This document shows positions 18,215 through 27,392 of a stretch of DNA of 64,000 nt, piece by piece. A program made the position numbers and the translations under genes. Origin of the DNA: Pseudomonadales bacterium. Lineage in GTDB: Bacteria > Patescibacteriota > Microgenomatia > UBA1400 > PJMF01. The notes below the pieces were generated by a model. The model worked only from the letters and a program-made list of their open reading frames with translations. It searched no databases and was not told the origin of the DNA. The stretch spans positions 218,981 to 282,980 of the forward strand of contig JACKFW010000001.1 of NCBI GenBank assembly GCA_020632265.1, given 5' to 3'. Every line of letters begins with the position of its first letter. The first letter of the stretch is position 1.

Positions 18215-18802
18215 ATGAAGATAATATATTTAGTTCGACATGGACAGAAAATTAAAGAAATTGGTGATCCTGGATTAACTCAATTGGGAATCGAACAAGC
18301 AAAGCTTGCTGGAAAATTTCTCAGTCAATTTCCAATTAATTATATCTTTTCAAGCCCACTCAAAAGAACTGTCGAAACAGCAATACATATTTCAAAAATA
18401 TTAAATTTAAATCATCAAATAGATGATGATTTAACTGAAAGAATGAATTGGAGCGATCCAAAAATTTCTAAAGATGAATTTATACAAGAATGGATTGAGT
18501 CATCTAATAATCGGTCTTATATTCCTAAGTTTGGTGATTCATCTTTAATAACAGGCTCAAGAATTGAAAGATTAATCAACAAGGTTCCAGAAGAAAGTCA
18601 TATTTTATTAGTATCTCATGGAGGAGCAATCGTTGATTATTTGAGAAATGTATTTGGAGATCATAAACTCAACAAATTGAGAAGTCAATTTGACTATGGA
18701 ATGGATTATAAAATGCATAACTGCTCAATAAACTGCGTAACTTTAGATGCAAATTCTAAAATTAATCTTCTAAATTATACAAAACATCTTGAGAAAAAAT
18801 AA
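18215..18802 (+). CDS. Histidine phosphatase superfamily (phosphoglycerate-mutase-like) protein.
   Basis: IIYLVRHGQ contains the RHG catalytic motif. LLVSHGGAI is the second His motif. Confidence 0.7.
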   Translation: MKIIYLVRHGQKIKEIGDPGLTQLGIEQAKLAGKFLSQFPINYIFSSPLKRTVETAIHISKILNLNHQIDDDLTERMNWSDPKISKDEFIQEWIESSNNRSYIPKFGDSSLITGSRIERLINKVPEESHILLVSHGGAIVDYLRNVFGDHKLNKLRSQFDYGMDYKMHNCSINCVTLDANSKINLLNYTKHLEKK

Positions 18803-18829
18803 TTATATCAATATTGATTGAAAATTATT

Positions 18830-19309
18830 TTACATTATTAAAATTTCATACTTAAGTTTTTTTGTAATATTTGGATCTTTATCACTTGGAAAGGTATCGT
18901 AAAACTCTAAAAATTTTTTGGACAATTTTCTTCCTTTAATAGTATGAGATCTCCTTTTTTCGTCTTCATAACTTCCTGAGAAATTTTCTGAGTCCTTGTA
19001 AAGAGTAAACTCTTCGTGTACATAAGTATGTCGGTGTTTAATAAATTCAAATTTCTCAAACATTGAATCATATCTGACTTTTAAGAAACATATATAATCC
19101 TTACCCACTTGAAAATCCAATTCTCTTGAGATTTGATTATTAGAAACTGTACGAACTAAATGATATTTATAATAAATGAAGCTTCCGCTTGAAGAATAAA
19201 TAGTTGTTTTAATATCAAAAGTTTGTCCTCCAAAACTGAGTGGATTTTCCAAAATACTTTCGGTCAAATAACTAATTAATGTAAGAACTGCTCCTGTATG
19301 AGGTTGCAT
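18830..19309 (-). CDS. Hypothetical protein, last gene of the putative copper operon.
   Basis: 159-aa ORF. No family recognised. Confidence 0.3.
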   Translation of the reverse strand: MQPHTGAVLTLISYLTESILENPLSFGGQTFDIKTTIYSSSGSFIYYKYHLVRTVSNNQISRELDFQVGKDYICFLKVRYDSMFEKFEFIKHRHTYVHEEFTLYKDSENFSGSYEDEKRRSHTIKGRKLSKKFLEFYDTFPSDKDPNITKKLKYEILIM

Positions 19310-19384
19310 ATTTTTTCGTAATTGTAAAATAGTAACCTGATAATTATACCTTAATTTAACATTTTATGGTAATAAATCTGGAAT

Positions 19385-19624
19385 TCATAAAACCTTATAT
19401 CCAAGACCTTCAATTTTTTTCTTTATTTGAATTTCATCAACCTTAGTATGATCAAAAATTATGATTGTTTTCTGCTTAGCATAACTTGTTTTTACTTCTA
19501 AAATCCCCATTAAATCCTCTAATTCGCCATCAATATTCATACTACAACTACTGCAATGCATACCCCGAATTTTCAACTCTAGCGTTGTTCCTTCAATTTT
19601 TTTGTTTTTAAACAATCTGAACAT
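19385..19624 (-). CDS. copZ: CopZ-like copper chaperone (HMA domain).
   Basis: GMHCSSCSMNI is the metal-binding loop, a CxxC variant of GMxCxxC. Length 79 aa with a ferredoxin-like fold. Confidence 0.7.
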   Translation of the reverse strand: MFRLFKNKKIEGTTLELKIRGMHCSSCSMNIDGELEDLMGILEVKTSYAKQKTIIIFDHTKVDEIQIKKKIEGLGYKVL

Positions 19625-19649
19625 ATCTTTAATAACTTTCTGTGTTTTT

Positions 19650-20762
19650 TTATATTACTTCTAAAATACCGGTATACATTCCCATTGAACAAGAATAAGT
19701 AAATTTACCTCTTTTTGTTGGAGTAAACATAAAAGTTTGTGAATCAGTAGGTTTCAAAAATACAGAAATCCCAAATTCTTTAAAAATAAAAGCCGATGCA
19801 CAAGAATATGTATCATTTGTTGAAACTGTTAATTCGACGGGAACACCAGATTTAACAACTACATAGTTTGGTGAATAGCCAGAACTCAAGGCTTTAATAT
19901 TAATTTTTTGTACTCCATTAGTAATTGAAGCTAAATCTAAGGAATTGGCAAATCTGTCATCCGAAAAAAAATAGGTAATTGGGCTAACTAGCTTGTTTAT
20001 TGTAAATGATGAATCCATAACTATTAAAACTCCATTAATGCTATAAATCGCCATACCAATTAATACAACTGCTGCAAATTTCATAAATTTTTCATGCCAA
20101 CCTTCTGAAAGTTTAGCTGTAGCTATACCAATAATTGCAAATAATGGGGTAGTGCCTAAAATAAATGAGAACATAATTAGAGCACCTAAAAAGGGATTAC
20201 CGGAACTTATTGCAAGAACTTCCATTGCCTGAGTAATTCCACAAGGAATAAATACTGTTAAAAAACCTAGTAAAGCGGGTGCGAAAAGTGCCTTGCTTTT
20301 TGTAGAATTTCTCACAATTTTTTGAATAAATTTTGGTGGCTGAAAAACCATATATCTAAATATTGGATGAACATCTAATAAATTCATGGCTGTACCAAAC
20401 ATAAATAGTGCAGTGAAAACTTGAAAAACTAGTCTTACCCCCAAGCTTAAGGATAATGTTGATCCCAGCCATCCAAGTAAAAAACCTAAAATAACGTGTG
20501 CAACAACCTTTGTCAATAAAAACATACCCACAGGCATCCAATCGAGATCATCAAAAGATTTTAAAGAAAAATTGCTTTGTTGTAATGTTTTTGCATATTT
20601 CTTTCGCTTGTTTTTTTTGTCTTTATCCTTATCTGAAATTGACTCATCAAATTCTCGATCCTTTTGATTGGCAATAATGCTTGTCAATAATCCACCTTGC
20701 ATAGCCAAACAAGACAAACCCCCGGTAGTTAAACCAGTTAAAAATATGACCCATAAATTCAT
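19650..20762 (-). CDS. DsbD_2/UreH-like two-Cys membrane permease fused to a C-terminal cupredoxin-like domain.
   Basis: N-terminus FLTGLTTGGLSCLAMQGGLL. Second Cys in a TM helix: FIPCGITQAMEVL. The C-terminal approximately 90 aa, NYVVVKSGVPVELTVSTNDTYSCASAFIFKEFGISVFLKP...FTYSCSMGMYTGILEVI, has a cupredoxin-like strand pattern with Cys/Met candidate ligands. Confidence 0.45.
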   Translation of the reverse strand: MNLWVIFLTGLTTGGLSCLAMQGGLLTSIIANQKDREFDESISDKDKDKKNKRKKYAKTLQQSNFSLKSFDDLDWMPVGMFLLTKVVAHVILGFLLGWLGSTLSLSLGVRLVFQVFTALFMFGTAMNLLDVHPIFRYMVFQPPKFIQKIVRNSTKSKALFAPALLGFLTVFIPCGITQAMEVLAISSGNPFLGALIMFSFILGTTPLFAIIGIATAKLSEGWHEKFMKFAAVVLIGMAIYSINGVLIVMDSSFTINKLVSPITYFFSDDRFANSLDLASITNGVQKINIKALSSGYSPNYVVVKSGVPVELTVSTNDTYSCASAFIFKEFGISVFLKPTDSQTFMFTPTKRGKFTYSCSMGMYTGILEVI

Positions 20763-20822
20763 AATACTATTCCATTGTAAACTTATTAATTTATATTATC
20801 TTAACACTCTTTGTACTACGCA

Positions 20823-23093
20823 TTATAGTTTAATTTTTCTAAGCCTTAAAGCATTAGATACAACTGAAAGACTTGAAAATGCCATAGCAGCTGATGCTAA
20901 CATAGGATTCAATTGAATGCCCCAAATTGGATAAAGTGCCCCCATTGCTACTGGAATTAACAAAATGTTGTAACCAAATGCCCAAGCTAAATTTTGTTTT
21001 ATATTTTGCATGGTTAATTTGGATAAGTGAATGGCCTGTGGCACCAATGAGATATCACTTCGAAGTAAAGTTATTCCCGCAGATTCAATGGCAACATCTG
21101 TTCCCAAGCCCATTGCTATCCCAACATCGGCTGCAGCAAGAGCTGGAGCATCATTAATACCATCTCCTATGAACCCAACTACATCGCCATTTTTTCTCAA
21201 TTCTTTTACTTTCTGCTCTTTATCATCAGGTAATACTTCAGCAATATACTCTGAAAGTCCAATAGAATTTGCAATGTATTTGGCAGTTCCAGCGTTATCA
21301 CCCGTCATCATAAGTACTTTAACACCGATATCCGACAACTTCTTGATAACATTTCTTGATTCCTCTTTAACCGCATCAGCTATACCCAAAGACAATAAGT
21401 GTATATTATTTACTGATATGTAGGTAACTGTATGTCCATTATTCTGCCAATCTTGTGATTTTTGATCTAGCTTCTTATTTGGTTCAGTACCATTTTCTAC
21501 TAAAAACTTACGATTTCCTACTAAAACATCCTTACCGTCAACAACTCCCATAACTCCTTTTCCCGGAATATCTTTAAAATTTTTAACCTCAAATTTTTGA
21601 CCTTTATTCTTTGCAAAATATTTTACAACTGCATCAGCTAAAGGATGATGTGACTTTGTTTCAACAGACATAATTAAAGATTGTAAATAGGTCTTAAAGT
21701 TCAAATTATCTGGTAAAGTCCAATTAAAAGCTTTTTCGATTAAAGCTAAATCATCTGAAAATTCTGCTTTTTGAACCTCTGGTTTTCCTTTCGTTAAAGT
21801 TCCAGTTTTATCGAAAATTATTGTGGTGATCTTATTAGCTGTCTCCAGTGCCTCAGCATTCTTGATTAAAATACCAATTTGTGCCCCTTTACCAATACCA
21901 ACCATTAAAGATGTGGGTGTCGCCAAACCTAAGGCACATGGACAAGCAATAATTAAAACTGAAATCATACTAACAAGCGCTCTAATTAATTTTGGTTCAG
22001 GACCAAAGAAAAACCATATCCCAAAAGTAAGAATTGATAGCACTATTACTACTGGAACAAAATATGATGACACAACGTCTACTAATTTTTGAATTGGAGG
22101 TCTTGAACCTTGAGCTGATTTAACTAATTGAATAATGTTTGCTAACATAGTATCGGAACCAATTTTCTCAGTTTTCATTTCAAAAGACCCAGATTTATTT
22201 ATAGTCGATCCAATAACTCGATCTCCCTTAATTTTTTCAACTGGCAAACTCTCACCAGTAACCATACTTTCATCTAAATAACTTGTTCCAGAAAACACTA
22301 CTCCGTCAACTGGAACTTTCTCACCTGGCTTAACCAATAAAATGTCTCCAACTTTAAGCTTAGAAATTTGGACATCTTTGACAGTTTTCCCAATAACTAA
22401 ATGTGCAACCTTTGCTTGCAGTCCAATTAACTTTTTGATTGCTAAAGAGGTTTGGCCTTTTGCTCTAGTTTCAAAGTATTTACCAAGTAATATCAGGGTA
22501 ATAATTGTTGCTGATGTTTCAAAATATACATGTGTCTGAATTCCATTACTTTCAAATGAATTCTTAAATATCAAAACTATGATCGAAAAAAAATAAGCCA
22601 CGGAAGTGCCAAGTACGATTAATGTATCCATGTTGGTAGTTTTATTTAGAAAAGCAGACCAAGCACTTTTATAATAATTTTTACCAACCCAAAACTGAAT
22701 TGGTGTTGCAAGTAAAAACATCACCCATGGATTCATTAAAATTTTTGGTGAAAACGGAATCATTGATCCAATCAATAAAAATATGGTTAAAAAAACACTA
22801 AGAAACAATCTATTTTTAAGACTTGCTATTTCAACATTTCTTTCTTTCTCCGCCAAATCGGTGGTGTCTTCAACTCCAATATGAGCTTGATAACCTAGGG
22901 ACTCAACAGCTTTAGATGCTAGAAAAGCATTAAATTTATGTTCATTAATTACGAGAGTGGCTTGCTCATTAGCATAATTTACATTTGATGAGATTACTCC
23001 GTGAGTTTTAGTTAGCTTTCTTTGAACGTTAGAAGCACAACTTGCGCAATGCATACCTGAAACATGAAATGAGATGGTTTTATTGCCCGACAT
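20823..23093 (-). CDS. copA: Copper-translocating P1B-type ATPase CopA.
   Basis: N-terminal [14 protein letters not shown]. Membrane CPC motif [18 protein letters not shown] and [10 protein letters not shown] motifs. Length 756 aa. Confidence 0.9.
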   Translation of the reverse strand: MSGNKTISFHVSGMHCASCASNVQRKLTKTHGVISSNVNYANEQATLVINEHKFNAFLASKAVESLGYQAHIGVEDTTDLAEKERNVEIASLKNRLFLSVFLTIFLLIGSMIPFSPKILMNPWVMFLLATPIQFWVGKNYYKSAWSAFLNKTTNMDTLIVLGTSVAYFFSIIVLIFKNSFESNGIQTHVYFETSATIITLILLGKYFETRAKGQTSLAIKKLIGLQAKVAHLVIGKTVKDVQISKLKVGDILLVKPGEKVPVDGVVFSGTSYLDESMVTGESLPVEKIKGDRVIGSTINKSGSFEMKTEKIGSDTMLANIIQLVKSAQGSRPPIQKLVDVVSSYFVPVVIVLSILTFGIWFFFGPEPKLIRALVSMISVLIIACPCALGLATPTSLMVGIGKGAQIGILIKNAEALETANKITTIIFDKTGTLTKGKPEVQKAEFSDDLALIEKAFNWTLPDNLNFKTYLQSLIMSVETKSHHPLADAVVKYFAKNKGQKFEVKNFKDIPGKGVMGVVDGKDVLVGNRKFLVENGTEPNKKLDQKSQDWQNNGHTVTYISVNNIHLLSLGIADAVKEESRNVIKKLSDIGVKVLMMTGDNAGTAKYIANSIGLSEYIAEVLPDDKEQKVKELRKNGDVVGFIGDGINDAPALAAADVGIAMGLGTDVAIESAGITLLRSDISLVPQAIHLSKLTMQNIKQNLAWAFGYNILLIPVAMGALYPIWGIQLNPMLASAAMAFSSLSVVSNALRLRKIKL

Positions 23094-23445
23094 ATTTTAA
23101 TGGCTTTTTTTTAAATTTTTCTAAACATCCAGACGCGCAAAAATAATAAATAATATTCATGTATTTATATCTAAATCCTGCTGTTTTTGGTGAAACGCGC
23201 ATTTTGCACACTGGATCGTGTGTTAAAGGAACTAAATCTTTCATATTATAAATAAATTTGTCACTATCTATTTGATTTGAAAATTTATCAAAAATTATTG
23301 CTCTACTAAGATCATTAATTTTAACGAATTTTTTTTCACCAAGTTTATAAAATACCTGTTTGCCATTTTTTTGTTGTACCACAATGCCAGCATCGCGAAG
23401 AATTTGTAAATGTTGACTAACATTAGCCTGAGGTAAATCTAGCAT
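23080..23445 (-). CDS. ArsR/SmtB-family winged-HTH regulator fused to a C-terminal YHS/TRASH metal-binding domain. The annotated ATG at 23445 falls inside the HTH. The reading frame stays open upstream to 23622 and encodes the rest of the ArsR domain, but has no ATG, GTG or TTG.
   Basis: The recognition helix and wing are [28 protein letters not shown]. The YHS motif is [35 protein letters not shown]. My upstream in-frame translation gives ...IFKLQEEILKALAHSRRLEIINLLRESELNVSEIYT before the Met. The gene overlaps the copA start by 14 nt. Confidence 0.6.
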   Translation of the reverse strand: MLDLPQANVSQHLQILRDAGIVVQQKNGKQVFYKLGEKKFVKINDLSRAIIFDKFSNQIDSDKFIYNMKDLVPLTHDPVCKMRVSPKTAGFRYKYMNIIYYFCASGCLEKFKKKPLKYVGQ

Positions 23446-23685
23446 AGTATAAATCTCACTTACATTTAACTCAGATTCTCTTAATAAATTAATAATCTCT
23501 AATCTTCTCGAATGAGCAAGAGCTTTTAATATTTCCTCTTGTAGTTTAAAAATTGTATTGTAAATATCATTATTAATATATTCGTATTTTCGAATATAAT
23601 CAAGAGCAATATATTTGGATATCTATTTATTTGAATACTTTAAATTTAATTGTAATTAGTGGAAAAAATAATGTATATTTAAAAC

Positions 23686-23928
23686 ATGCCTAAAATAGAT
23701 TTAAAAGCAATTCTAGTGTGTCCAGAATGCGGAACTAAACAAACTGCAATCATGCCAGTCGAAAATAAGCAGCATTTTTACAAATGTGCCAATGAACAAT
23801 GTGGTGCAAATATTGCGACTAAGGAAAATGATTGCTGTGTTTTTTGTTCACATTCGAACAAATTGTGTCCCGCTAAACAACTAGAACCAAAATTAAAAGA
23901 AGAATCAAAACTGCGTTCGTTGATTTAG
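23686..23928 (+). CDS. Small Cys-rich (8 Cys) zinc-ribbon-like protein, divergent from the ArsR-YHS regulator.
   Basis: CPECG ... CANEQC ... CCVFCS ... CP. Length 80 aa. Confidence 0.4.
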   Translation: MPKIDLKAILVCPECGTKQTAIMPVENKQHFYKCANEQCGANIATKENDCCVFCSHSNKLCPAKQLEPKLKEESKLRSLI

Positions 23929-23946
23929 TGAAGCCTAATTTTTCAA

Positions 23947-24642
23947 CTATTTATAAGGCTTGGCAACTACAATGAAAAGACGAGTTCTAATTAAATTTTT
24001 TGATTTATAAATGATTAATGTATTTTCTTCCTTAGCAATTACATGTGGTAAATACTGAGCATCAGTTTCTCTTGTTTCTATAACGTGATATTTGTAAATT
24101 CCATTGTTATTTCCAGTTAGAATTATTTCGGTTCCAATTTCAATTTCTTCAATGTTTTTAATGATATCTTTAGAACTCAAGTCAGCAATAACTATTGGTT
24201 TATTTTGACCCAAATACCCAGATCCTTTTAGATGGATCAATTCATTTGAAATAACATTTTCAACAAAACTTGTTAGTTCATCACTTTTAACGCTAGCATA
24301 TAAATCTAATGCAGGAATTTTAATTTCTTTAGCTTGTACTCCTTCAATATTTGCGTTCATTAAAATTGGAAATGCCTGAAGTGCGTCTGGTCTTTGAGTT
24401 ACTATTATGCTTAATCCTAATCCAATTCCAAGACCAACGCCACTTACCACCAATTTTCTCTTTTCAGCCAATTTATCAAAAAACGAAAAAATTGGAAAAA
24501 ATAAAATAAGAATCAACTTCATTAAAACTTTAGCAATATTTTTGGGCGAAAATAAAGAAATGCTTGGACAAATTTCAAAAATTATGTCACCAGTTCTATC
24601 CTTTTTTATTTTAAGAAGATTTCTTGAATTATATATAATCAT
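23947..24642 (-). CDS. Membrane-anchored sortase-fold-like protein lacking the catalytic His and Cys (possible pseudo-sortase).
   Basis: The by-eye alignment to the class A sortase core rests on three segments. EIKIPALDLY resembles the beta-strand IEIPDADI. IVIADLSS sits where IAGHT carries the catalytic His. TLIIYKS sits where TLITC carries the catalytic Cys. RTRLFIVVA retains the conserved Arg. The N-terminus has hydrophobic anchor segments. Confidence 0.3.
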   Translation of the reverse strand: MIIYNSRNLLKIKKDRTGDIIFEICPSISLFSPKNIAKVLMKLILILFFPIFSFFDKLAEKRKLVVSGVGLGIGLGLSIIVTQRPDALQAFPILMNANIEGVQAKEIKIPALDLYASVKSDELTSFVENVISNELIHLKGSGYLGQNKPIVIADLSSKDIIKNIEEIEIGTEIILTGNNNGIYKYHVIETRETDAQYLPHVIAKEENTLIIYKSKNLIRTRLFIVVAKPYK

Positions 24643-24734
24643 ATTATATCAAAGTAGTATAACAGAAAACTTTTTACTATCTAATAAGAATTTATTCTGA
24701 TATCTTTTATATAATCGTAGATAATATTCAAAGT

Positions 24735-25886
24735 ATGAACAAATTATTAATTAAACTTGGATTTTTTCTTTTAATAGTGTCTGTCTCATGTACAACTGGT
24801 TTTTTTATAAGTCAATATTTTTTTTCAGAAAACTCTGAATTAATTAGTCCTTTTGTTTCGTTACAAGAAAATATTAGCTATCCACTACTCACTTATTCGA
24901 TTAATAATTTAAGAACAAGAACCTATCTACCTAGTAATATCAAAATTGAAAAATTAATATCAAAAGAAGATAAATTCGATTCTTATCTTTTTTCATATAT
25001 CACTCAAGGAAAAAGAATGACAGGACAACTGAATATTCCTGATATTATCACCGCTTCTCCGCTTCAAAAACATTCGGTAATAATTATGATTCGTGGATAT
25101 GTGCCAGAGGAAATTTACACCACCGGGGTTGGCACCAAATCTGCCGCTGCTGAATTAGCCAATAATGGATTTATCACAATCGCCCCTGACTTTTTTGGTT
25201 ATGGAGAAAGTGATCCAGAACCCAACGATAGTTGGCAAACTAGATTTGAAAAACCAATTTTAATTATTGAATTAATTAAATCACTGGAACAAAATGGCAT
25301 TCCTAGAGATTTGTCTGAAAATACAATTTCAAATGACCAAAATCTTAAAGTTGATAACATAGGAATATGGGCACACAGCAATGGAGGCCAAATTGCTCTG
25401 GAAACATTGGAAATTCTTGATCAAAAAATTCCAACAACCCTTTGGGCGCCAGTAACTGCACCATTTCCATACTCTGTGCTTTACTTTGGGGATGAGCTTG
25501 AGGACGAAGGAAAGGAACAGAGAAAATGGATATCTATGTTTGAAGAAAAGTATGATGCTTTTGATTTTTCTTTAACAAAACATTTGAACTTTTTGCAAGG
25601 CCCAATTCAAATCCAGCATGGAGATGCTGATGACGCAGCTCTAATTTATTGGAGCCAAGAATTTATAAATAAAATTAATCTTGAAAATAAAAGAAGAGAA
25701 AAACTTTCTTTAGAATTAGAATCAATTAAAAATTCAAGCTCTAGCACTAAAAAAAAATCAATGCAAAATTTAGAAGAGATTGAAATTTCTTTACAAAAGT
25801 ATCCTGACACCAACCACAACATGATTCCTAGCTGGAACAAAGCAATCGCGAAAGATATACAATTTTTTAATAAATACCTCAATTAA
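24735..25886 (+). CDS. Secreted or membrane-anchored alpha/beta-hydrolase-fold protein (serine hydrolase).
   Basis: N-terminal signal/TM. Nucleophile elbow GIWAHSNGGQIA. HGDAD lies near the C-terminus as a candidate catalytic His. Confidence 0.5.
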   Translation: MNKLLIKLGFFLLIVSVSCTTGFFISQYFFSENSELISPFVSLQENISYPLLTYSINNLRTRTYLPSNIKIEKLISKEDKFDSYLFSYITQGKRMTGQLNIPDIITASPLQKHSVIIMIRGYVPEEIYTTGVGTKSAAAELANNGFITIAPDFFGYGESDPEPNDSWQTRFEKPILIIELIKSLEQNGIPRDLSENTISNDQNLKVDNIGIWAHSNGGQIALETLEILDQKIPTTLWAPVTAPFPYSVLYFGDELEDEGKEQRKWISMFEEKYDAFDFSLTKHLNFLQGPIQIQHGDADDAALIYWSQEFINKINLENKRREKLSLELESIKNSSSSTKKKSMQNLEEIEISLQKYPDTNHNMIPSWNKAIAKDIQFFNKYLN

Positions 25887-25920
25887 ATGAGGGTCTAAAT
25901 TAACAAAAACTTTATGGCAA

Positions 25921-27372
25921 TTACCACCATCTTATAGTTTGTTCTCTCTTAGGACCGGTGGTTACAACTAGTAACTTCACATTCAAACATTGAGTAATAA
26001 ATGCTAAATACTGAAGTGCCTCCTTAGGCAAATCTCCAATAGTATTCGTATTCTGAGTTTTTGCACCATCCCAGGCAGGTAATTCCAAATATTCCGGTTT
26101 TACCTTGTTTAAATATTCTTGATCTGGCCTGTATCCAACCTCTTTACCACTTATTTTATAACCAATACATACTTTTACTGGAATATCTGAATAGGCAATA
26201 TCTAAATGTGTGGCTGCTAAATATTCAACTCTCCCTACTTTAAATAAATATGACATCATTGGTAAATCAATATAAGCAATATCCCTAGGTCTTTTAGTTG
26301 TGGCTCCATATTCATTAGCATCTTCGCGAATTCTATGAGCAAGACTACCTTTCATTGCCGTTGGTAGGACTCTTGAACCTACACTTGAAGAATAAGTGGC
26401 TTTAATAGTTGCAATCTTAACTGCAATATTATTATGATCAACCACACCTTCGGTTGATGAAAAAATACCATCAAAACCACAGTTTGACGCAGTAACATCA
26501 GGGTATACTCCCCACCTTTTATCTAAACCTAAAGCTTGAGCTTTTTCAAATACAACTGGAGAGTCTGAATTCCAGGACTTTTCCATTAAGTTATAAGTGG
26601 AAGCAACTAAAGGTTTAATCACTTTTCTTGATTCTTCCAATCTAGCCAGCATTTTATTTAAGGAACCAACTTTAATATTACTTTTGCCTAATCTTGGAAC
26701 ATCCACCGAACTTAAAGTATAACCAAATCCTTTTACTAATAATTGATAATGCTTGTAGTGTTTAGAAAATTTTTCTTTCCAATTTTTGGAAACAAGATCT
26801 CTTATTCTTAATGGATTGCGATAAATAACATCTGCATACGCTGGTGAAATACCTCTACCTGTGGCCCCTTTACTACCAGAAGTTTTGTTTTTAAGTACAG
26901 CTTCAAATGCTCGATGAGTATCTAAACATAAAAATGCCATTTCATCGATTACTAATGTTGAAGGTAATTTTTTCTTGCCAATTGCTAACTTAGATTCTTC
27001 TATTTCTGCCACTAAATCTTCGGGATGCAAAACCATTTCTTTTCCTAATACAGCGGTGCAACCTTTTTGTAAAACCCCAGCCCCTAATTGATGAAGTGCA
27101 ATTCTCACATCACCAATTTCAACAGTATGTCCAGCATTTGAACCACCGTTATCTCGATAATGTAATACTTTTTTGTAGTTTTTGAGAAAATCAGCTGTCA
27201 ATTCATCTGCAATTCTTCCTTTTCCTTCATCGCCCAACATTCCTCCCAAAATTGCAACGGAATTTTTTCTTTTACTGCTTACTAACAAGGGATTTTTATT
27301 TAATTTTTTGTTAATTTTATATAAATTGCCTCTCTTGTAAACCTCATTGTATATATTTTTAAAATCATTCAT
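25921..27372 (-). CDS. purA: Adenylosuccinate synthetase PurA, with an approximately 35-aa N-terminal extension.
   Basis: GDEGKGRIAD P-loop and GGSNAGHTV motifs. Length 483 aa. Confidence 0.9.
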   Translation of the reverse strand: MNDFKNIYNEVYKRGNLYKINKKLNKNPLLVSSKRKNSVAILGGMLGDEGKGRIADELTADFLKNYKKVLHYRDNGGSNAGHTVEIGDVRIALHQLGAGVLQKGCTAVLGKEMVLHPEDLVAEIEESKLAIGKKKLPSTLVIDEMAFLCLDTHRAFEAVLKNKTSGSKGATGRGISPAYADVIYRNPLRIRDLVSKNWKEKFSKHYKHYQLLVKGFGYTLSSVDVPRLGKSNIKVGSLNKMLARLEESRKVIKPLVASTYNLMEKSWNSDSPVVFEKAQALGLDKRWGVYPDVTASNCGFDGIFSSTEGVVDHNNIAVKIATIKATYSSSVGSRVLPTAMKGSLAHRIREDANEYGATTKRPRDIAYIDLPMMSYLFKVGRVEYLAATHLDIAYSDIPVKVCIGYKISGKEVGYRPDQEYLNKVKPEYLELPAWDGAKTQNTNTIGDLPKEALQYLAFITQCLNVKLLVVTTGPKREQTIRWW

Positions 27373-27392
27373 ATGAAAACCTTTCCAATTTG

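Noticed and set aside
18803-18829. 12-bp AT palindrome atcaatattgat between convergent genes, considered as a terminator.
   Set aside because: The stem is only 5 bp with a 2-nt loop and no T-run. It is not a convincing intrinsic terminator.
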